Positions 62,356 through 64,000 of a stretch of DNA of 64,000 nt are shown piece by piece. How positions within the stretch are numbered: the stretch's first letter is position 1; each line of letters opens with the position of its first letter. A program made the position numbers and the translations under genes. Source of the stretch: Eremomyces bilateralis CBS 781.70 (taxonomy: Eukaryota); assembly GCA_010015585.1 (NCBI GenBank), contig ML975183.1, one strand, 5' to 3'. The notes under the pieces were generated by a model that was not told the DNA's origin, did not search any database, and saw only the letters and a program-made list of their open reading frames with translations.

Positions 62356-63307
62356 GTTCGAAGGCTAGATTCTTGTTGAAGTAGACGAAGGAATCTGTTT
62401 GGGAAACAAATATACTGTGGGCAGTTCCAGACCTCTTTTATACATCGATCACCTTCTCTGCTGATTCATTATGAATGAGGGTCATTGCCCGGAGTTAAAG
62501 ATTAAGACCGCGGCGATAACGGGCATAGAACCATGAATTCCAACCATGAATAAATCGGCTGAATCGAGGCTTTTCATGTCCCTATTGCAAAATTTTGCAG
62601 CCAGGAGAGGAGATACATAGTGGTAACGATCTGCATGAGTAACGGAATATTTTTACGTTACCCCAGGGGCGCTGCTTACTACCAACAGGTACCTACAGGC
62701 TACAGTATCTACCGACCGCTAAACATGCATCTAGGTATCCCTCCTATTCACTTCTCCTCCCGACCGTCAAGCGTCGGGAACATGACGTCGAGCTTCGAAG
62801 GTTCCGGGCCTCACAGGCCGCCCCGGGCCATTTCGTAGAGTGACAGAGTCCCGATCCCTGACATGTCGCCCTTAATAGTCGGGATCATGATGAACTTGGT
62901 GCATTCGTAGGTATTGAAGAAAAATTTGTTCCCGACATTACGCGCAGTCGAGATTCTGCAACAATCCAACAAAAGACTTGACTCCTGTTCTTGTGTGTGT
63001 ATCATGTCGGTGGTGAGTCCAGACTGCAGAGGCGTTAAAGATTGAAAGCTAAGGCAAGGCACGTGATCGGACTCCGCACTAAAACGAGGCATCCACGACT
63101 CGGCGATCAAAAAAGCGTTTCGTCTTCCGTGTCATTTCTTTTGGCCCCCACTAACATCGGATTTCGGTTTCCTACACCTCGATTGAAGTGTATAAGTAGA
63201 CTGAGTGGTAAGGTATTTAAGCATATCTTGATATTGACCCGGTCCGAGTCGTACAAGCCGACTTTCCCGACTATTCTCAGTGTGACCCCTCCCAATCCTC
63301 CTACATC

Positions 63308-64000
63308 ATGTCGTCCACGGAATTGCCAGAAGCCTCCATGACGGTATCTCAGTTGGCAGAAGAAGCGACGAGTGTCCGCAGACCAATGGAGGTTGATCCT
63401 AGCCGGGCAAAGAAGCGGAAGAGTGAGTGGCCTATTCAACTAGAGTCACGTTTCGAAACTCGAGACTGAACGCATGTATTGGTCTTGATTCTTGAAGCTG
63501 TCGAACTCCGACTCTGTTTGTTTTCAACAACGAACAATGATGGCTGACATGATCCCCCGTTGCATCGGAACAGGAATCACGCAGTCCCTCCCCCCTCCGG
63601 AACTTCCACAGCTTGTGGCAGAGCAGCATTATCCAATCCCAACCCATGATAAGGACTCTCAGCGCCTCATCGTTGTCCTGTCCAATGCGAGCCTCGAAAC
63701 GTTCAAAGCCTCGCATGGCTCCAGTCGCTACCCTGGAGGCAAGGACGAGAAGTACAGCCTGTTAAACAGCGACGAACATATCGGCATCATGCGCAAGATG
63801 AAGCGAGACATCAGCGATGCGCGTCCGGACATCACACACCAGGTGCGACTCAACTTGTTTTGACGCATTCCTTCACTATGCATCGAGGCTAACTTTCCGT
63901 CCAATCGGTGGCTGTCCCCCGTTGGGCATCACCGAGGACTGCAAACAGTGTCTACTCACTCTTCTTGATTCTCCGGTGAACAAGGCCGGGAAGTTACAGA
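63308..64000 (+). CDS. EMG1: 18S rRNA pseudouridine methyltransferase Emg1/Nep1 (runs off the window); introns ~63423-63573, ~63843-63947
   Basis: [46 protein letters not shown]. Confidence 0.94.

Noticed and set aside
63423..63573. Possible intronic snoRNA in EMG1 (ATGATG..CTGA)
   Set aside because: The two boxes are adjacent and the CTGA coincides with the branch site, so there is no room for a C/D snoRNA.
1..64000. CRISPR arrays, rRNA, tRNA, PKS/NRPS, Starship captain, readthrough-derived PTS1 signals
   Set aside because: None seen. The stop contexts I checked (dioxygenase, transporter, P450, hydratase, NoxB, SDR) lack TGA-CTA, and the two extensions I translated (dioxygenase, hydratase) do not end in an SKL-like signal.

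Overview
Gene-dense, intron-containing window from a filamentous ascomycete (Pezizomycotina): short GT..AG introns with CTRAC branch sites, and RIP-like damage in the repeats. 1-~10 kb is accessory: the 3' end of a dead Tad1-like LINE, several small inverted-repeat elements, a divergent UNC-93-like transporter / XanA-like 2-oxoglutarate dioxygenase pair, and a HET-domain gene. ~11-46 kb is mostly housekeeping: Ccc2 Cu-ATPase, Sel1-repeat chitin synthase activator, CYP52-type P450, Hrd1, methylglutaconyl-CoA hydratase, eIF3e, mL49/Img2, Ubp8, Mog1, TAF1, histone H1, Eco1. 46.5-51.3 kb is a second accessory islet and the best candidate for an undescribed system. There, an 81-aa secreted Tyr-containing peptide gene sits head-to-head with an intact DUF3328/UstYa oxidase gene (a possible atypical fungal RiPP locus), followed by a pogo transposon remnant and an FAD monooxygenase. 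The window ends with a GT1 glycosyltransferase carrying UIM-like repeats, NADPH oxidase NoxB, an SDR and the 5' part of Emg1/Nep1. Other notable items: a 32-bp inverted repeat pair bracketing the transporter gene, an in-frame intron that splits a CaaX box, and an apparent stop-codon loss in mL49. All family calls come from motif recognition by eye, with no database searches; exon boundaries are manual and may be off by a few bases.
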